64,000 bases of DNA from Vulcanimicrobiota bacterium (GTDB lineage Bacteria > Vulcanimicrobiota > Vulcanimicrobiia > Eremiobacterales > Eremiobacteraceae): contig CAWETU010000001.1 in the NCBI GenBank assembly GCA_963812135.1, positions 160,001-224,000 on the forward strand, read 5' to 3'. The notes below the pieces were generated by a model. That model worked only from the letters and a program-made list of their open reading frames with translations, did no database searches and was not told the origin of the DNA. Positions 1 to 9,973 of the stretch are shown here, one piece after another. The translations under genes and the position numbers were made by a program. The number at the start of each line of letters is the position of its first letter. Position 1 is the first letter of the stretch.

Positions 1-56
1 CAACCCAACGGAGCCTGTCAGTCGGTCTCGTTGGGCTCCTTTTCGACGTAACGCTT

Positions 57-836
57 ATGAGACGGCACAGCATTCGGAACTGCGTGGGAGCGTGCATCGC
101 GCTCTGCGCAGTGCTATTCGGGAGCACGACCGTCGGCGTAGGCGCGAGTGCGTCGCCTGGCACGGTTCCCGCACTCGTGCTGCGAGCTGGTGCCGTTTAC
201 ACGGCCAACGTGCGAGGCATCATCGGCATGCAGCGACACTTCTCTACCGTTGTGCGCGCCGGACCGGTCCATCATACCGAGGTGAGTGACAGCGGGCAAT
301 TGATGAACGACGGGGCGTTCGTGAACATCAAGTACTACAAGATCGCCGACGATGGGAAAGCGTTTAGCGCCCAGCAGATCGCGCAGCGTGACGCGCAGAC
401 GAATCAGGACTGGAGCGTTGGGAAGATCTTCTTCAAGGAGCCCTATGATCCACGCTTTATACACGACTATATCTTCGCTCCACCGCAAGCCTGCACGGTC
501 TGCCCGACGGGGACCGTTGCCGTCACCTTCCAGAGCGGCATTAAAGACGCCCAACATGGCAGCGGAACCATGTGGATCGAGCAGGCGACGGGTCGCGTGG
601 ATAAACTGACATACATCCCGAACGTGCCACCGCCTCATGCGACCTCCGGCAGCGTGACGGAGACGAGCGGAAGTGCGATGCCCAACGTATGGTACGTGAC
701 TCGCATTGACGGCTCGTATCGAGGCAATTCCTTTCCGATGACGGGAACCGGCACGTTTACGGGCGTGTTCGACCAATTCAAGCATTTTTCAACCAAAGCG
801 CAAGGTGAGGCTGCGCTGCAAGCCGGTACGATTTAG
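57..836 (+). CDS. Secreted hypothetical protein, possibly LolA/outer-membrane-sorting-like beta-rich fold
   Basis: 259-aa ORF with N-terminal signal peptide (RRH + hydrophobic stretch + ASA); beta-strand-rich body. Confidence 0.75.
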   Translation: MRRHSIRNCVGACIALCAVLFGSTTVGVGASASPGTVPALVLRAGAVYTANVRGIIGMQRHFSTVVRAGPVHHTEVSDSGQLMNDGAFVNIKYYKIADDGKAFSAQQIAQRDAQTNQDWSVGKIFFKEPYDPRFIHDYIFAPPQACTVCPTGTVAVTFQSGIKDAQHGSGTMWIEQATGRVDKLTYIPNVPPPHATSGSVTETSGSAMPNVWYVTRIDGSYRGNSFPMTGTGTFTGVFDQFKHFSTKAQGEAALQAGTI

Positions 837-2128
837 CCTGGAACTAGCGCGATCACGCCCGTGCCATCGGTCACATACACCGTCACGCCGAGCGCTGGGT
901 CGCTGACGATGACCGGATTGGAAGCGCCAGAGACGCCGCCGTGCCAGATCTCTGTTCCGGTTGAGAGATTCAAGAGATGCAGCGCGTCGAACGACGTGAC
1001 CAGTAGTGTGCTGCTTCCCAGCGCGGCGAACATCGAGCTGGAATATTGGCCGCTGCTTGAAGCTTGCACGGGCGAAGTCCAGACGACTTTGCCGGTCGTA
1101 GCATCGTGTGCCTCGATGCCGCTAAAACCCGACACGATGACGAGCCCGTTGGCAAGCACCGGCGGCGCAAATGAGTATGCGGTCAGACTGACCGACCACA
1201 CTTTTTGCAGATTTGATTGCGAGCGTGCGACGAGGTTGGACGGCTGTTCGACTAGGTAGATGTTGTTCGCGTCGGCGCTCATCTCGGAGAGGGGCGTGGT
1301 TGCGACGTGAGCGATGATCGCCCCGGTCGACGCGTTCAGCGCATAGATGCCTGACGCATTCGGGGACGGATCGCTATAGTTCGCCGCGTAGAACAGCGTG
1401 CCGTTTGAGAGCACGAGTCCGCCGTTGCTATCGTTGGAGTACTTGGTGCTCTTCTGCTGGAGCGCCCGCCAGCGCGCGGCGCCGGTCGAGTCGAGCGAAT
1501 AGACGAAGAGGTCCGCGCCGTCCGCCAGGAACGTGTTCGCCGCGTACAGCCCGGATGGGTCGGGAATCGACTCACCCCACAGATCGAATCCGGTGCCCCA
1601 GGGCTTGCCGGGCACGGACACCACAGCACCGGTGGCGATGTTGAGGAAGCCTTGCTGATCGTCCTGATAGACGACCTCGTTGTTGAAGATGCTTAGCCAG
1701 TGGCCTTCGTCGTAGTCGCGATGTTCGACGTACGTCCACTGATGCGCCCCTGATGTCGACAGACCGTCGTAGGACGGACCGCCCGCGAACACCGTGGTGC
1801 CGTATTGCGACCAGTGGGTGTAGACACCACCGGTCGTCGCAATCGCGCAATAGACTTGGCCGAACGTATTTCCGGCGAGCGGCACCGGATTGTAGCGCCA
1901 CGCCTGTTTGAGCGATCCGGTGAGGCTCGCCGCCGACGCCGATGTGTGTTTGGCGTCGTGCGCGAACGTCACCCAGTTATCGAGAACCGGTTTGCCCGGC
2001 GGCGTCTGGCCAGGGTGCGAGCCGCCGCCGGGAACGGAACCTGCTCCACCGCATGCGGCGAGCGCGATTGCGACCGCGCTCGTGATAAAGACGATGCCCG
2101 CACGGCGAGCGATCACAGTGGCCCACAT
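833..2128 (-). CDS. PQQ-binding-like beta-propeller lipoprotein (BamB-like repeats)
   Basis: Lipobox LAAC; 'W-x-TF-x-HD' start of propeller; repeated 'YAL(N/D)ASTG..W' type blades. Start placed at ATG 2128; the ORF track extends to 2263. Confidence 0.8.
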   Translation of the reverse strand: MWATVIARRAGIVFITSAVAIALAACGGAGSVPGGGSHPGQTPPGKPVLDNWVTFAHDAKHTSASAASLTGSLKQAWRYNPVPLAGNTFGQVYCAIATTGGVYTHWSQYGTTVFAGGPSYDGLSTSGAHQWTYVEHRDYDEGHWLSIFNNEVVYQDDQQGFLNIATGAVVSVPGKPWGTGFDLWGESIPDPSGLYAANTFLADGADLFVYSLDSTGAARWRALQQKSTKYSNDSNGGLVLSNGTLFYAANYSDPSPNASGIYALNASTGAIIAHVATTPLSEMSADANNIYLVEQPSNLVARSQSNLQKVWSVSLTAYSFAPPVLANGLVIVSGFSGIEAHDATTGKVVWTSPVQASSSGQYSSSMFAALGSSTLLVTSFDALHLLNLSTGTEIWHGGVSGASNPVIVSDPALGVTVYVTDGTGVIALVPG

Positions 2129-2209
2129 GAGTCTGTCGTTTTGGCCCCGCCGACCCAGCACCCTGGTCGCGCAAGCGATATGTGCGTTGCGACAACGAAT
2201 CGACCGTGG

Positions 2210-2237
2210 AAAAAGGCCTCGGAAGAATCCGAGGCCT
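2210..2237 (-). terminator. Intrinsic terminator downstream of the VOC gene
   Basis: Perfect 10-bp stem AGGCCTCGGA/TCCGAGGCCT with 4-nt loop, followed by a T-run on the minus strand. Confidence 0.75.
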
Positions 2238-2272
2238 CCTGATTCGTGATGCCGCGCATCCAAGCGCTGAAG

Positions 2273-2662
2273 CTAGTTTCTGCTGACGCCTGCAGGCACC
2301 GCCGAGTGCAATCCATGGATGTTGCCTTCCGAGTCCTTGAACATCGCCCAGCCGCCCCACGGTTCCGTGCGCGGCCGCTCCTCAAATTCGATACCTTTCT
2401 TCTTCAGGTCCTCAAATGTCTGGAAGACGTCGTCGACCTCGATCACGACGCCGCTGAAACCGCCGACCTTATCGGGCGACCAGCTCGGGCCGTCCTTCGC
2501 CAGGGTGAATGCGGTCTGCGCGCCCTTCGGCGCGACGGTCACCCATCGCGAGTCATCGCCCATGGGCACATCCATCGTCTTTTCCCAGCCAAGTTTGTTG
2601 GTGTAGAAGTCGATCGTGCGGTCGATATCGTTCACGTACAGCGTCACTACCGAGATATACAT
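2273..2662 (-). CDS. VOC family (glyoxalase/bleomycin resistance) protein
   Basis: 'V.D.D....FY...LG' and 'F.D..GN' VOC motifs; SD AAGGGAG upstream. Confidence 0.9.
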   Translation of the reverse strand: MYISVVTLYVNDIDRTIDFYTNKLGWEKTMDVPMGDDSRWVTVAPKGAQTAFTLAKDGPSWSPDKVGGFSGVVIEVDDVFQTFEDLKKKGIEFEERPRTEPWGGWAMFKDSEGNIHGLHSAVPAGVSRN

Positions 2663-2794
2663 CGTTCGAGAACTCCCTTTCTTCGCTCACGAGGGACCCA
2701 GGAATCCCACGCCCGTGAAAAATCTTCCTCCGCGATAATCCGCCATTTTGGCGCTGGAACAGGGCGCCGCCTGAGCCGAGTACAAATCTCGCAG

Positions 2795-4444
2795 ATGAAA
2801 ATTTTGCCATTGACGCCGTTGAAGATCGTCTGGGCGCTCGGCATCGCGTGCGTCCTGTCGGCCCATCCAGCTTCGGCTGAGACGCATCGCGTGGCGGATG
2901 TGCCGCCGAACCCCTGGCACAATGTCACACTCGTCGGCCAAAGCGCGCTGTTCAATCGCGGCATGAACGCGGCTCTCGCGATCTACGATCACTACGTATA
3001 TGTCGGCAACCGCACGGACGGATCTGCGACGTGCGTCGGGAGCTCAGGACTTCCCTCGGGCACCACGTGCCCGCACCCGCACGCCGGCGTGCTGATCGTC
3101 GACGTTGTCGATCCGGCGAGCCCGAAGATCGTCGGCGAGATCGGGCGGCCGTACGCGGGCAACCTGGGTATCACGACCCGCGAGCTGCGTGTGTGGCCGG
3201 CGAAGAAGCTGCTCGTCATCATGAACTTCCGCTGCAGCCTCTTGCTGCATGCGTGCCAGCGCGGCACCGACGAGCAGTTCCCTTTTGACATCTCCTTCTT
3301 CAGCTTGAGCGACCCGATCCACCCGAAATTCCTGTCTCGATACGTGCCGACGTCGCGCGCGGGCAAGCCGGTCAAACCGCACGAGATGTTCCTGTGGGTC
3401 GACCCGAGCAATGCCGGACGGGCGCTGCTGTATCTCTCGACGCCGACCATCTCGATCGATCCGGCGTCGCCGAATCTGATCGTCGCGGATATTAGCCCCG
3501 TGCCCGGCGGCGGCGCGGCAACAGAGATCGCCGAAGGAAATTGGAATGGCCTGTATCCCGGCACGCATCAGGCCGACTATCCGCTCGTCGCGGGTTCGCG
3601 CGACAAGTGCGGGGCGTACGACTGCAACCTGTTCGTGCACTCCATAAGCCTCACTCCCGACGGCAAGCGCGCGTTCCTGTCGATGGAGGCCGGTCAGTTC
3701 CTCGTACTCGACACGTCATCGGTGGCGAATGCCGGCGCTCACAGCGCGGTGCTGTCGTTGAACGACGACTTGATCACGTCGCCGGCTGACAGGCCGGTGT
3801 GGGGACAGACGCCGTCACAACCCGATGCGGTGCCGCAAAACTGCGCGAAGGCTTGCGCGAACGGCCACTCGGCGGTGAAAGTGCCCGGCCGTCAGCTGGT
3901 CGTGACCACTGATGAGGTCTATGGCACGTACAGCGACCCGAAATTCGGGTGTCCGTGGGGCTGGGAGCGGCTCATCGACATCTCAAACCCGGCGCATCCG
4001 TCGGTCGTCGGCGAGTACCGGATCGATCGAGATCTGCAGTCGTTCTGCGGCGGTCCTGCCGACGACGCGCGCACCGAACAATACACCAGCTTCTCTTCTC
4101 ACAATCCCACGGTGCTGCCGCATCTCGCGATCGTGACGTGGCATTCCGGCGGCCTGCAGGTGAGCGACATCAGCGATCCCGCGCATCCCGTCCAAGCCGG
4201 CTGGTTCTCGCCGCAGCTGCTCGACACGGTGGCCACCGAAGATCCCGCGCTGACGCGAGGCGCGAGCAAGGTCGTGTTCTGGAGCTACCCCATCATCCGG
4301 AACGGGCTCATCTACGCGGTCGACATCCGCAACGGCTTGTTCATCATGCGATATACCGGTCCGCATGCCGACGAGGTCGATGCCATCAAATTCCTGGAGG
4401 GCAACTCGAACCTCGGCGACGCCGGGCGGCTCGATCGACCGTAG
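2795..4444 (+). CDS. Secreted LVIVD-repeat protein
   Basis: Signal peptide after ATG 2795; repeats GVLIVDVVDPASP, LIDISNPAHP, GLQVSDISDPAHP. Confidence 0.8.
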   Translation: MKILPLTPLKIVWALGIACVLSAHPASAETHRVADVPPNPWHNVTLVGQSALFNRGMNAALAIYDHYVYVGNRTDGSATCVGSSGLPSGTTCPHPHAGVLIVDVVDPASPKIVGEIGRPYAGNLGITTRELRVWPAKKLLVIMNFRCSLLLHACQRGTDEQFPFDISFFSLSDPIHPKFLSRYVPTSRAGKPVKPHEMFLWVDPSNAGRALLYLSTPTISIDPASPNLIVADISPVPGGGAATEIAEGNWNGLYPGTHQADYPLVAGSRDKCGAYDCNLFVHSISLTPDGKRAFLSMEAGQFLVLDTSSVANAGAHSAVLSLNDDLITSPADRPVWGQTPSQPDAVPQNCAKACANGHSAVKVPGRQLVVTTDEVYGTYSDPKFGCPWGWERLIDISNPAHPSVVGEYRIDRDLQSFCGGPADDARTEQYTSFSSHNPTVLPHLAIVTWHSGGLQVSDISDPAHPVQAGWFSPQLLDTVATEDPALTRGASKVVFWSYPIIRNGLIYAVDIRNGLFIMRYTGPHADEVDAIKFLEGNSNLGDAGRLDRP

Positions 4445-4479
4445 CCTAAGCCGCATCTTTGGAGCGAAGGAGGAACACT

Positions 4480-4932
4480 ATGCATCGAGCCATCGCCTTC
4501 GGACTCGTCGTCGTGTTCGCACTCATCGCGACGATAACGGAGCGGCCGCGCGGTCAAGCCGCGCCGGTGACCACCAAATCGTCCGTCACCGGCACGCAGG
4601 CGCTGCAGGCGCTCGACGACGCATCGGGTGAGCTCGACCAGCTCGCACAGATCCAACAGAAGATGATGCAGATCAGCAAACAGCAGGCGAAGATCTATTC
4701 CGCACTGAGCAGCCAGGCCGCTGCGCTTGCCAAGGTCGCGGGAGGTAAGAGCTCGCAAGCGCAGCTCGCGCAGGCGACCCAGAACATGCTAGAGGCGCAG
4801 ATGAGCTTCAATCTTCAATATCTGGGGTTGCAGAACCAGATTCAGAGCGAAAACCGCCAGTTCACGCTGGTCAGCAACGTCATGAAGACCAAGCACGACA
4901 CGGTGAAGAATAGCATCAGCAACATCCGCTGA
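4480..4932 (+). CDS. Secreted helical protein with T3SS needle (SctF)-like C-terminus
   Basis: SD AGGAGG; N-terminal hydrophobic segment; Gln-rich coiled coil; ends SNVMKTKHDTVKNSISNIR. Confidence 0.75.
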   Translation: MHRAIAFGLVVVFALIATITERPRGQAAPVTTKSSVTGTQALQALDDASGELDQLAQIQQKMMQISKQQAKIYSALSSQAAALAKVAGGKSSQAQLAQATQNMLEAQMSFNLQYLGLQNQIQSENRQFTLVSNVMKTKHDTVKNSISNIR

Positions 4933-4950
4933 AGCTGACGTGCGGCTTGG

Positions 4951-5506
4951 TTAGGGCTTGCGCGCGATGGCGAATACCGCGTTGGTCTCCACGCTTCTGA
5001 CATCCAGCGCGGCAAGGCGCGCGAGCGTCGCGTTGCGTACTCGCTCCGCGGCCTCTCGATCGAGTTGTTCGATCGTGCCCCGGTAACCCGATCCGAGCGC
5101 GATACTCCAGAAATCATCGCTGCTGGCCAGCTGCTGGGCGCCGGGCTCTGCAACGACCTCGTCCGCCGGCGCACCGCCTTCGCTCATCACGGCCGCGAGC
5201 GCACCTGGATCGGTGACCGAGTCCCACGGGTTGAAGCTCTTGTAGAGATCCGGTCGCTCGCTGTGCACGGCATCCCAGAACGCCGTGCTGCCGGGCTCGG
5301 CCTTCCGCCCCTACGGTCTGCGCCGCCGGAATCGCGCTCGCTCCCGAGCCGCAGTACGCGTCGAGGACGTGCGCCCCGCGTTTGAGCGACATGCGCTCGA
5401 CCGTGCGGCGTCCGATCCGTTCCCAGAACGCCAGCGGCGCCGCATCGAAAAAATCGGCAGCGGCGTTGTAGGTCGACTCCGCCCGCAGCTTGGGATCGTC
5501 ACTCAT
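4951..5506 (-). pseudogene. Class I SAM-dependent methyltransferase with internal deletion and frameshift
   Basis: N-part has VLDAYCGSG (motif I), then joins out of frame at about 5297 to the C-terminal part EPGSTAFWDAVHSERPDLY; the central motifs are missing. Confidence 0.7.
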
Positions 5507-5554
5507 GCGTGCGAGGGCTTGGCGGCCACTGCGCGCGGCCCCTCGGCCACGCGA

Positions 5555-5848
5555 TCACGCGGTCAGGGCGCGTCTGATCTCGGTTTCAGCCCGGTCCGCG
5601 TACGACTCCACCATTTGGCGCGTCTCGCGGAACCAGCCGAGCAACGCTTCGCTTTGCGATTCGTTCTCCGCGCATTGATCGAGCACGCCCAAAAAACGCA
5701 CGGCCCCGCGCAGGCACGACAGCGTGTCTGACGCGATGCTTTGCTGGAAGTCGGTACAGGCTTTGAGGAACGTGTTGGTGGGTTTCCATCGGAGGCTCAC
5801 GAGCGCTTTCATGTGCTCTTCGATCTCGCTTGTCTCATCGCCGGCCAT
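5555..5848 (-). CDS. Hypothetical protein (about 97 aa)
   Basis: ATG at 5848 preceded by AAGGAG; helical sequence with no recognisable motif. Confidence 0.5.
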   Translation of the reverse strand: MAGDETSEIEEHMKALVSLRWKPTNTFLKACTDFQQSIASDTLSCLRGAVRFLGVLDQCAENESQSEALLGWFRETRQMVESYADRAETEIRRALTA

Positions 5849-5990
5849 CCGCAGCGTAGTCTCCTTCTCGTTCCCCCGCACGTGTATATCATTTCGCAGG
5901 TTGCTTCGTCTGTGCGCGTTGACACTGGAAGGCGTGCGGAGCACCCAAAATCGAGCAAGATTTCCGCGAGCCCCTCGGAACAACTGCCCT

Positions 5991-6527
5991 ATGCGCGGTG
6001 AATCCCGCTTCCGCTTGAACCCGTTGACCGCCGACGACGGGACGGCCGTCGCGCGACTTTTCGAGGCGAGCGCTGACTATTTCCAAATCGTTCTCGGCCG
6101 GCCACCGCGCACCAGCGATGCGCAAGCAGTCTATCATGATGGTCCCGAAGACGGCCGGGCGCCGGACGACAAACTGCTCTTTGGGATCCGCTTACCCGGC
6201 GATGAGGCGCTCGTCGGCGTACTCGACGTATTCGCTGACTATCCCGACCCGGGTGTCTGGTACATCGGCCTTGTGTTGCTCGAGCCGACGGCGCGGACGC
6301 GCGGACTTGGCCGAGCGATCGTCGAGACGTTCGCGCACGACGCTCGCCGCCACGGCGCGACGGAACTGCAAATCAACGTGGTCGAGCAGAACGTAGCGGC
6401 GCTTTCGTTCTGGACGCGACTCGGATTCACCGAGATGCGGCGCTGGCGTCAGCGCTACGGCGAGCGCGAGAGCACGTTCATCCGCATGCGCCGATCGCTT
6501 TCACCATCGCCCGATCAGATCGAATAG
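5991..6527 (+). CDS. GNAT family N-acetyltransferase
   Basis: 'R.RGLG' acetyl-CoA motif and 'N..A..FW...GF'. Confidence 0.9.
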   Translation: MRGESRFRLNPLTADDGTAVARLFEASADYFQIVLGRPPRTSDAQAVYHDGPEDGRAPDDKLLFGIRLPGDEALVGVLDVFADYPDPGVWYIGLVLLEPTARTRGLGRAIVETFAHDARRHGATELQINVVEQNVAALSFWTRLGFTEMRRWRQRYGERESTFIRMRRSLSPSPDQIE

Positions 6528-7792
6528 ACCGCCGGGTTCTGCGCGTCCGCGTAACCCTCATCGAACGCCGCTTGCAGATCTTCGGCATCATTGAAACCCA
6601 TGCTCGTGAGCTTGAGCGGTGACGCCGGCCGGATGATGCGCAGCGTGATCGGCTGCCAATCCGAGGCATTGATAGCCTCTAAGAATCGAGCGATCGGCTT
6701 GCTCAAGCCCTCGCGGGTGTGGTTGCGTGAAAGCAGATTGCGTGCGATCGCGATGCGGACATCGTCTTCGAGCAGCTTGCGTTGTGTGACCGCGAACGAT
6801 GCTTGCAGCAGGGCGGGCAACGTGGTGGGCGGCTTGGAGAGGCCCTCGTTGGGCGCGCTTGCGATGAGCACGGTGACGTCGGCGGCGCCCGCGGCGACAG
6901 CGGTGCTGACCGGCGTGTTGTTCGCCACGCCGCCGTCGACGAACAGATCGGCGCTGCCGTTCTCGGCGACCGGTACCGCCACCGGCTGGAACACGCCGGG
7001 GACCGCTGCCGACGCGAGGACCGCCTTCACCAAGTTGTCTTCCGTGAGGGCGAATCGCTGGCCGGTCGGCTCCAGCGTCCGGCCCATGCCCGTGGTCGAT
7101 GCCAGCGAGATCCGGCGGAGGAAATAGTCGCTGCGCTGCGCAGCCGCCGGGCCGGTGAAATGATAGAACGCGTCAGAGCTGAAGCGCGTCATGTTGGTGG
7201 CGGTCACGATCAAGCTGGTCTGTATCTGAGCCAGGGTGAGCGGATACTTCTTGACCATGCTGTCGATGCCGTCGCTGCTGACGACGCCCATGATGGTGCC
7301 GAGATCTTCCTTCGGGCCCATCGCTTTGAGTTCGCGGTTCGCCCGGCTCAAATAGCTCAGCTTGCGCGGGTACCCATGCTCGGTCGATTCTTGGAAGATT
7401 TGCCCTGCGTTGACCGCGTGTTGCGCCGGCGGCACGAGCTGCAAGATGTTCGCTTGCGGCGTGCTCAACCACAGCTGACCGACTTGCGCGATCGACGCAC
7501 TGCTGGCCCGCGCCGCGAACGCCGCGTTGATAGCGCCGGCTGAGGTGCCGCAGACGAGGTCGTAAGGCGGCCCTTGCGTGTCGATGTCCTTGAAGAGCCA
7601 TTTCAGTGCGCCCGCCTCGTATGCGCCGCGGGCTCCCGCGCCGCTGAGCACGATGGCCCGCGGCGGCACTTTGGGCCGCAGCGGCGGAGGCAATGGGAAC
7701 CACGGCGGCAATGCAGCGTCGGCGCGGTTTGCCGCACCGAAGGCGCCAAGCGCTCCGAGGGCGCCGAGGAAACCAAAACGAGACAGTCTCAT
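6515..7792 (-). CDS. Patatin-like phospholipase with Tat-like signal
   Basis: SGAGARG oxyanion loop, GTSAG nucleophile, DGG motif; N-terminal SRFGFL signal. Confidence 0.9.
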   Translation of the reverse strand: MRLSRFGFLGALGALGAFGAANRADAALPPWFPLPPPLRPKVPPRAIVLSGAGARGAYEAGALKWLFKDIDTQGPPYDLVCGTSAGAINAAFAARASSASIAQVGQLWLSTPQANILQLVPPAQHAVNAGQIFQESTEHGYPRKLSYLSRANRELKAMGPKEDLGTIMGVVSSDGIDSMVKKYPLTLAQIQTSLIVTATNMTRFSSDAFYHFTGPAAAQRSDYFLRRISLASTTGMGRTLEPTGQRFALTEDNLVKAVLASAAVPGVFQPVAVPVAENGSADLFVDGGVANNTPVSTAVAAGAADVTVLIASAPNEGLSKPPTTLPALLQASFAVTQRKLLEDDVRIAIARNLLSRNHTREGLSKPIARFLEAINASDWQPITLRIIRPASPLKLTSMGFNDAEDLQAAFDEGYADAQNPAVYSI

Positions 7793-7984
7793 AAGACCAC
7801 ATGACTCCTATCAGAGCGTGAGCCATAGGGATACGCGGCGCAATCATGCATCGCCTGTGCGCGCCGTGCGGAACCATCCTTCGCGCGTCCCGGTCGCGAC
7901 GGGTCGGCGATGCGTCTCTGCGCAACCGCGCGTCCTCTTAGTCCCACGCACGATTCCCCGCGCGGAGCCGTTCGGAGGCACATC

Positions 7985-8563
7985 ATGGCTATCGCAGCAG
8001 AACTAGTGAAAGTGGTCGCCGATCATTGGTGGGTGCTGCTCTTACGCGGCATCGTCGGCATTATCTTCGGCGCGCTGTTCATCTTCTATCCGGGAATCAC
8101 GCTCGTCGCGTTGCTCTATCTCTTCGGCGCGTACGCGCTCGTCGACGGCGTGTTCGCGCTTGTCCAAGCGTTTCGGCTCGGGATCCACAGCGATCGTTGG
8201 TGGCCGCTGATCTTCGAAGCGGTGATCGGCATCGTGGTCGGCATCGTGTTCTTCCGCTTCACCGGCCTGAGCGCGCTTGCCGTGGCGTTCACCATCGCGG
8301 TGTGGGCCATCGCGACCGGCATACTCGAGCTGGTCGCCGCGTTCCGTATGGGTGGCGGCGGCGGCGCGCCGTGGCTGTTGGGCGTCGGCGGCATCCTGTC
8401 GATCATCGTCGGGATCCTGTTCGCTGTGGCACCGCTGCCCGCGTTGCTGGCGTACGTGTGGGTGCTCGGCATCTACGCGATTGTCTTCGGCGTGATGCTG
8501 ATCGTGTGGGCGTTCAGATTGCGATCGACGACGGTCGTGGGAGGGGCGGCAGCGGCGACCTAG
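7985..8563 (+). CDS. HdeD/DUF308 family membrane protein
   Basis: 'WW..LLRG...I.FG' and about 6 TM segments; SD GGAGG. Confidence 0.9.
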   Translation: MAIAAELVKVVADHWWVLLLRGIVGIIFGALFIFYPGITLVALLYLFGAYALVDGVFALVQAFRLGIHSDRWWPLIFEAVIGIVVGIVFFRFTGLSALAVAFTIAVWAIATGILELVAAFRMGGGGGAPWLLGVGGILSIIVGILFAVAPLPALLAYVWVLGIYAIVFGVMLIVWAFRLRSTTVVGGAAAAT

Positions 8564-9189
8564 ATCGGCGGTGCAGCGGAGCCGTTTTTCGAATAGCGCT
8601 CGATCATGCGCAGTGCTTCGAAATGGCCATGGCGTAACGCCTCACGCCAGTACGTCAGCGCCTGGTCGCGCTTGCCCAGCCGCAGGCTCGCCCAGGCAGC
8701 GTAATCCCACGCGAAATGGTTCGCCGGATCATTTTGAAAACCGCGCTGGCATGCTTCGAGCGCTTTAGGGTAGTTATGACCGATTTCGTAGTAGGTTCGG
8801 CACAGGTCGAAGGCGAGCGCGCCGTTTTTCGGATTGAAGGCGAGGCCTTGCGAAAACGTGTCAATCGCGGTTTGATACATCCCGGGCTCCGAGCGAGCGC
8901 TGAACATCTGCAACAAACCAAGGCCGAGCCAACCGTCGGGGACGCTCTTATCCACCGAAATCGCCTTGCGGTAGTAATGCTCGGCCGTTTTGAAATGGAG
9001 CGTGTGCTCGAAGCTCACGCCGCGATAGTAGACTGAAAATGCGAACAGCGGCCTGAAGATGAACCAACCGCAGACGAGCACGAGGGCTAAGATGATCCAG
9101 CGGTCGTAGGTCTTTATGATGTACGGCCGGGCGTCCGGTGTCGCAACGGGGATCGAGATCGTCTCCAGTCCCGCCTGTTCAGTGCTCAC
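8560..9189 (-). CDS. Membrane-anchored TPR protein
   Basis: One N-terminal TM followed by TPR-like helices (A..YY.KAI..D); GTG start overlaps the ccdA stop (GTGA). Confidence 0.75.
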   Translation of the reverse strand: MSTEQAGLETISIPVATPDARPYIIKTYDRWIILALVLVCGWFIFRPLFAFSVYYRGVSFEHTLHFKTAEHYYRKAISVDKSVPDGWLGLGLLQMFSARSEPGMYQTAIDTFSQGLAFNPKNGALAFDLCRTYYEIGHNYPKALEACQRGFQNDPANHFAWDYAAWASLRLGKRDQALTYWREALRHGHFEALRMIERYSKNGSAAPPI

Positions 9190-9869
9190 GCGATCACCGC
9201 GAAGAAGAGCGCGAGGAAGACCAGGACGTAGCCGGCTGCCATCTCCGCGGCGAGGTGCCATTTCTTCACGCCGGGATGGTTCGTATACCACGGTGCGAGC
9301 ACGCCGACGGCGAACACCGGCAAACTGTGGCCGATTCCGAAGAACAGCATGAGCATCGCGCCAAGACCGATCTTGCCTTGGAAGGTGGACACCGCGAGCG
9401 CGCCTATCATGAATGGCGTCGCATCGGGCGCGATAAGAAATGCGAAGCCGACCCCGAGCAGGAACGCGCCGGCGATTCCGTGTCCGAAATTGGCCAGCAG
9501 CGGGATCTTGATCGGGATCTCGATGAGCCTGATCATCGACAATCCCATGACCAGACATAGCGCGGCGGTGAAATAGTAGAGAAACCCAGTCAGCGAGAGC
9601 AACGCGCCGAACGAACCCGCAAGCGCCCCGACGGCGCAATACACGCAGCAGATCCCGACGACGAACGCCGCCGAGAGCAGCGCCGCGCGCCCTGCACTCG
9701 CCGCCTCGCGGCCCGTATAATTGACGATAGCCACCATGCGAGGGATGGTGGACGGGCTCAGACTGCTCAAGACGCCGCCCAACAGCATCAGCGCCATAGC
9801 GATAAACGGGTGGGCCTGGACGCTGTCGCCGATCTTGTCGGTGAGCGCGTAGATATTGGTGTAATCCAT
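9186..9869 (-). CDS. ccdA: Cytochrome c biogenesis CcdA/DsbD-beta family membrane protein
   Basis: 6-TM pattern with G.LSSLSP and F..G..F motifs; the usual redox Cys positions read SPST and APDA. Confidence 0.75.
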   Translation of the reverse strand: MDYTNIYALTDKIGDSVQAHPFIAMALMLLGGVLSSLSPSTIPRMVAIVNYTGREAASAGRAALLSAAFVVGICCVYCAVGALAGSFGALLSLTGFLYYFTAALCLVMGLSMIRLIEIPIKIPLLANFGHGIAGAFLLGVGFAFLIAPDATPFMIGALAVSTFQGKIGLGAMLMLFFGIGHSLPVFAVGVLAPWYTNHPGVKKWHLAAEMAAGYVLVFLALFFAVIA

Positions 9870-9973
9870 CTATAGAGAGAATATCGGCAGCAAGCGGTCA
9901 AAAAACGCAAGCGTGCGCCGGGACAGCGGCTTAGCGGCAGAGGTGACACCTCCGCCCGCAGAAGCACAGCGGG

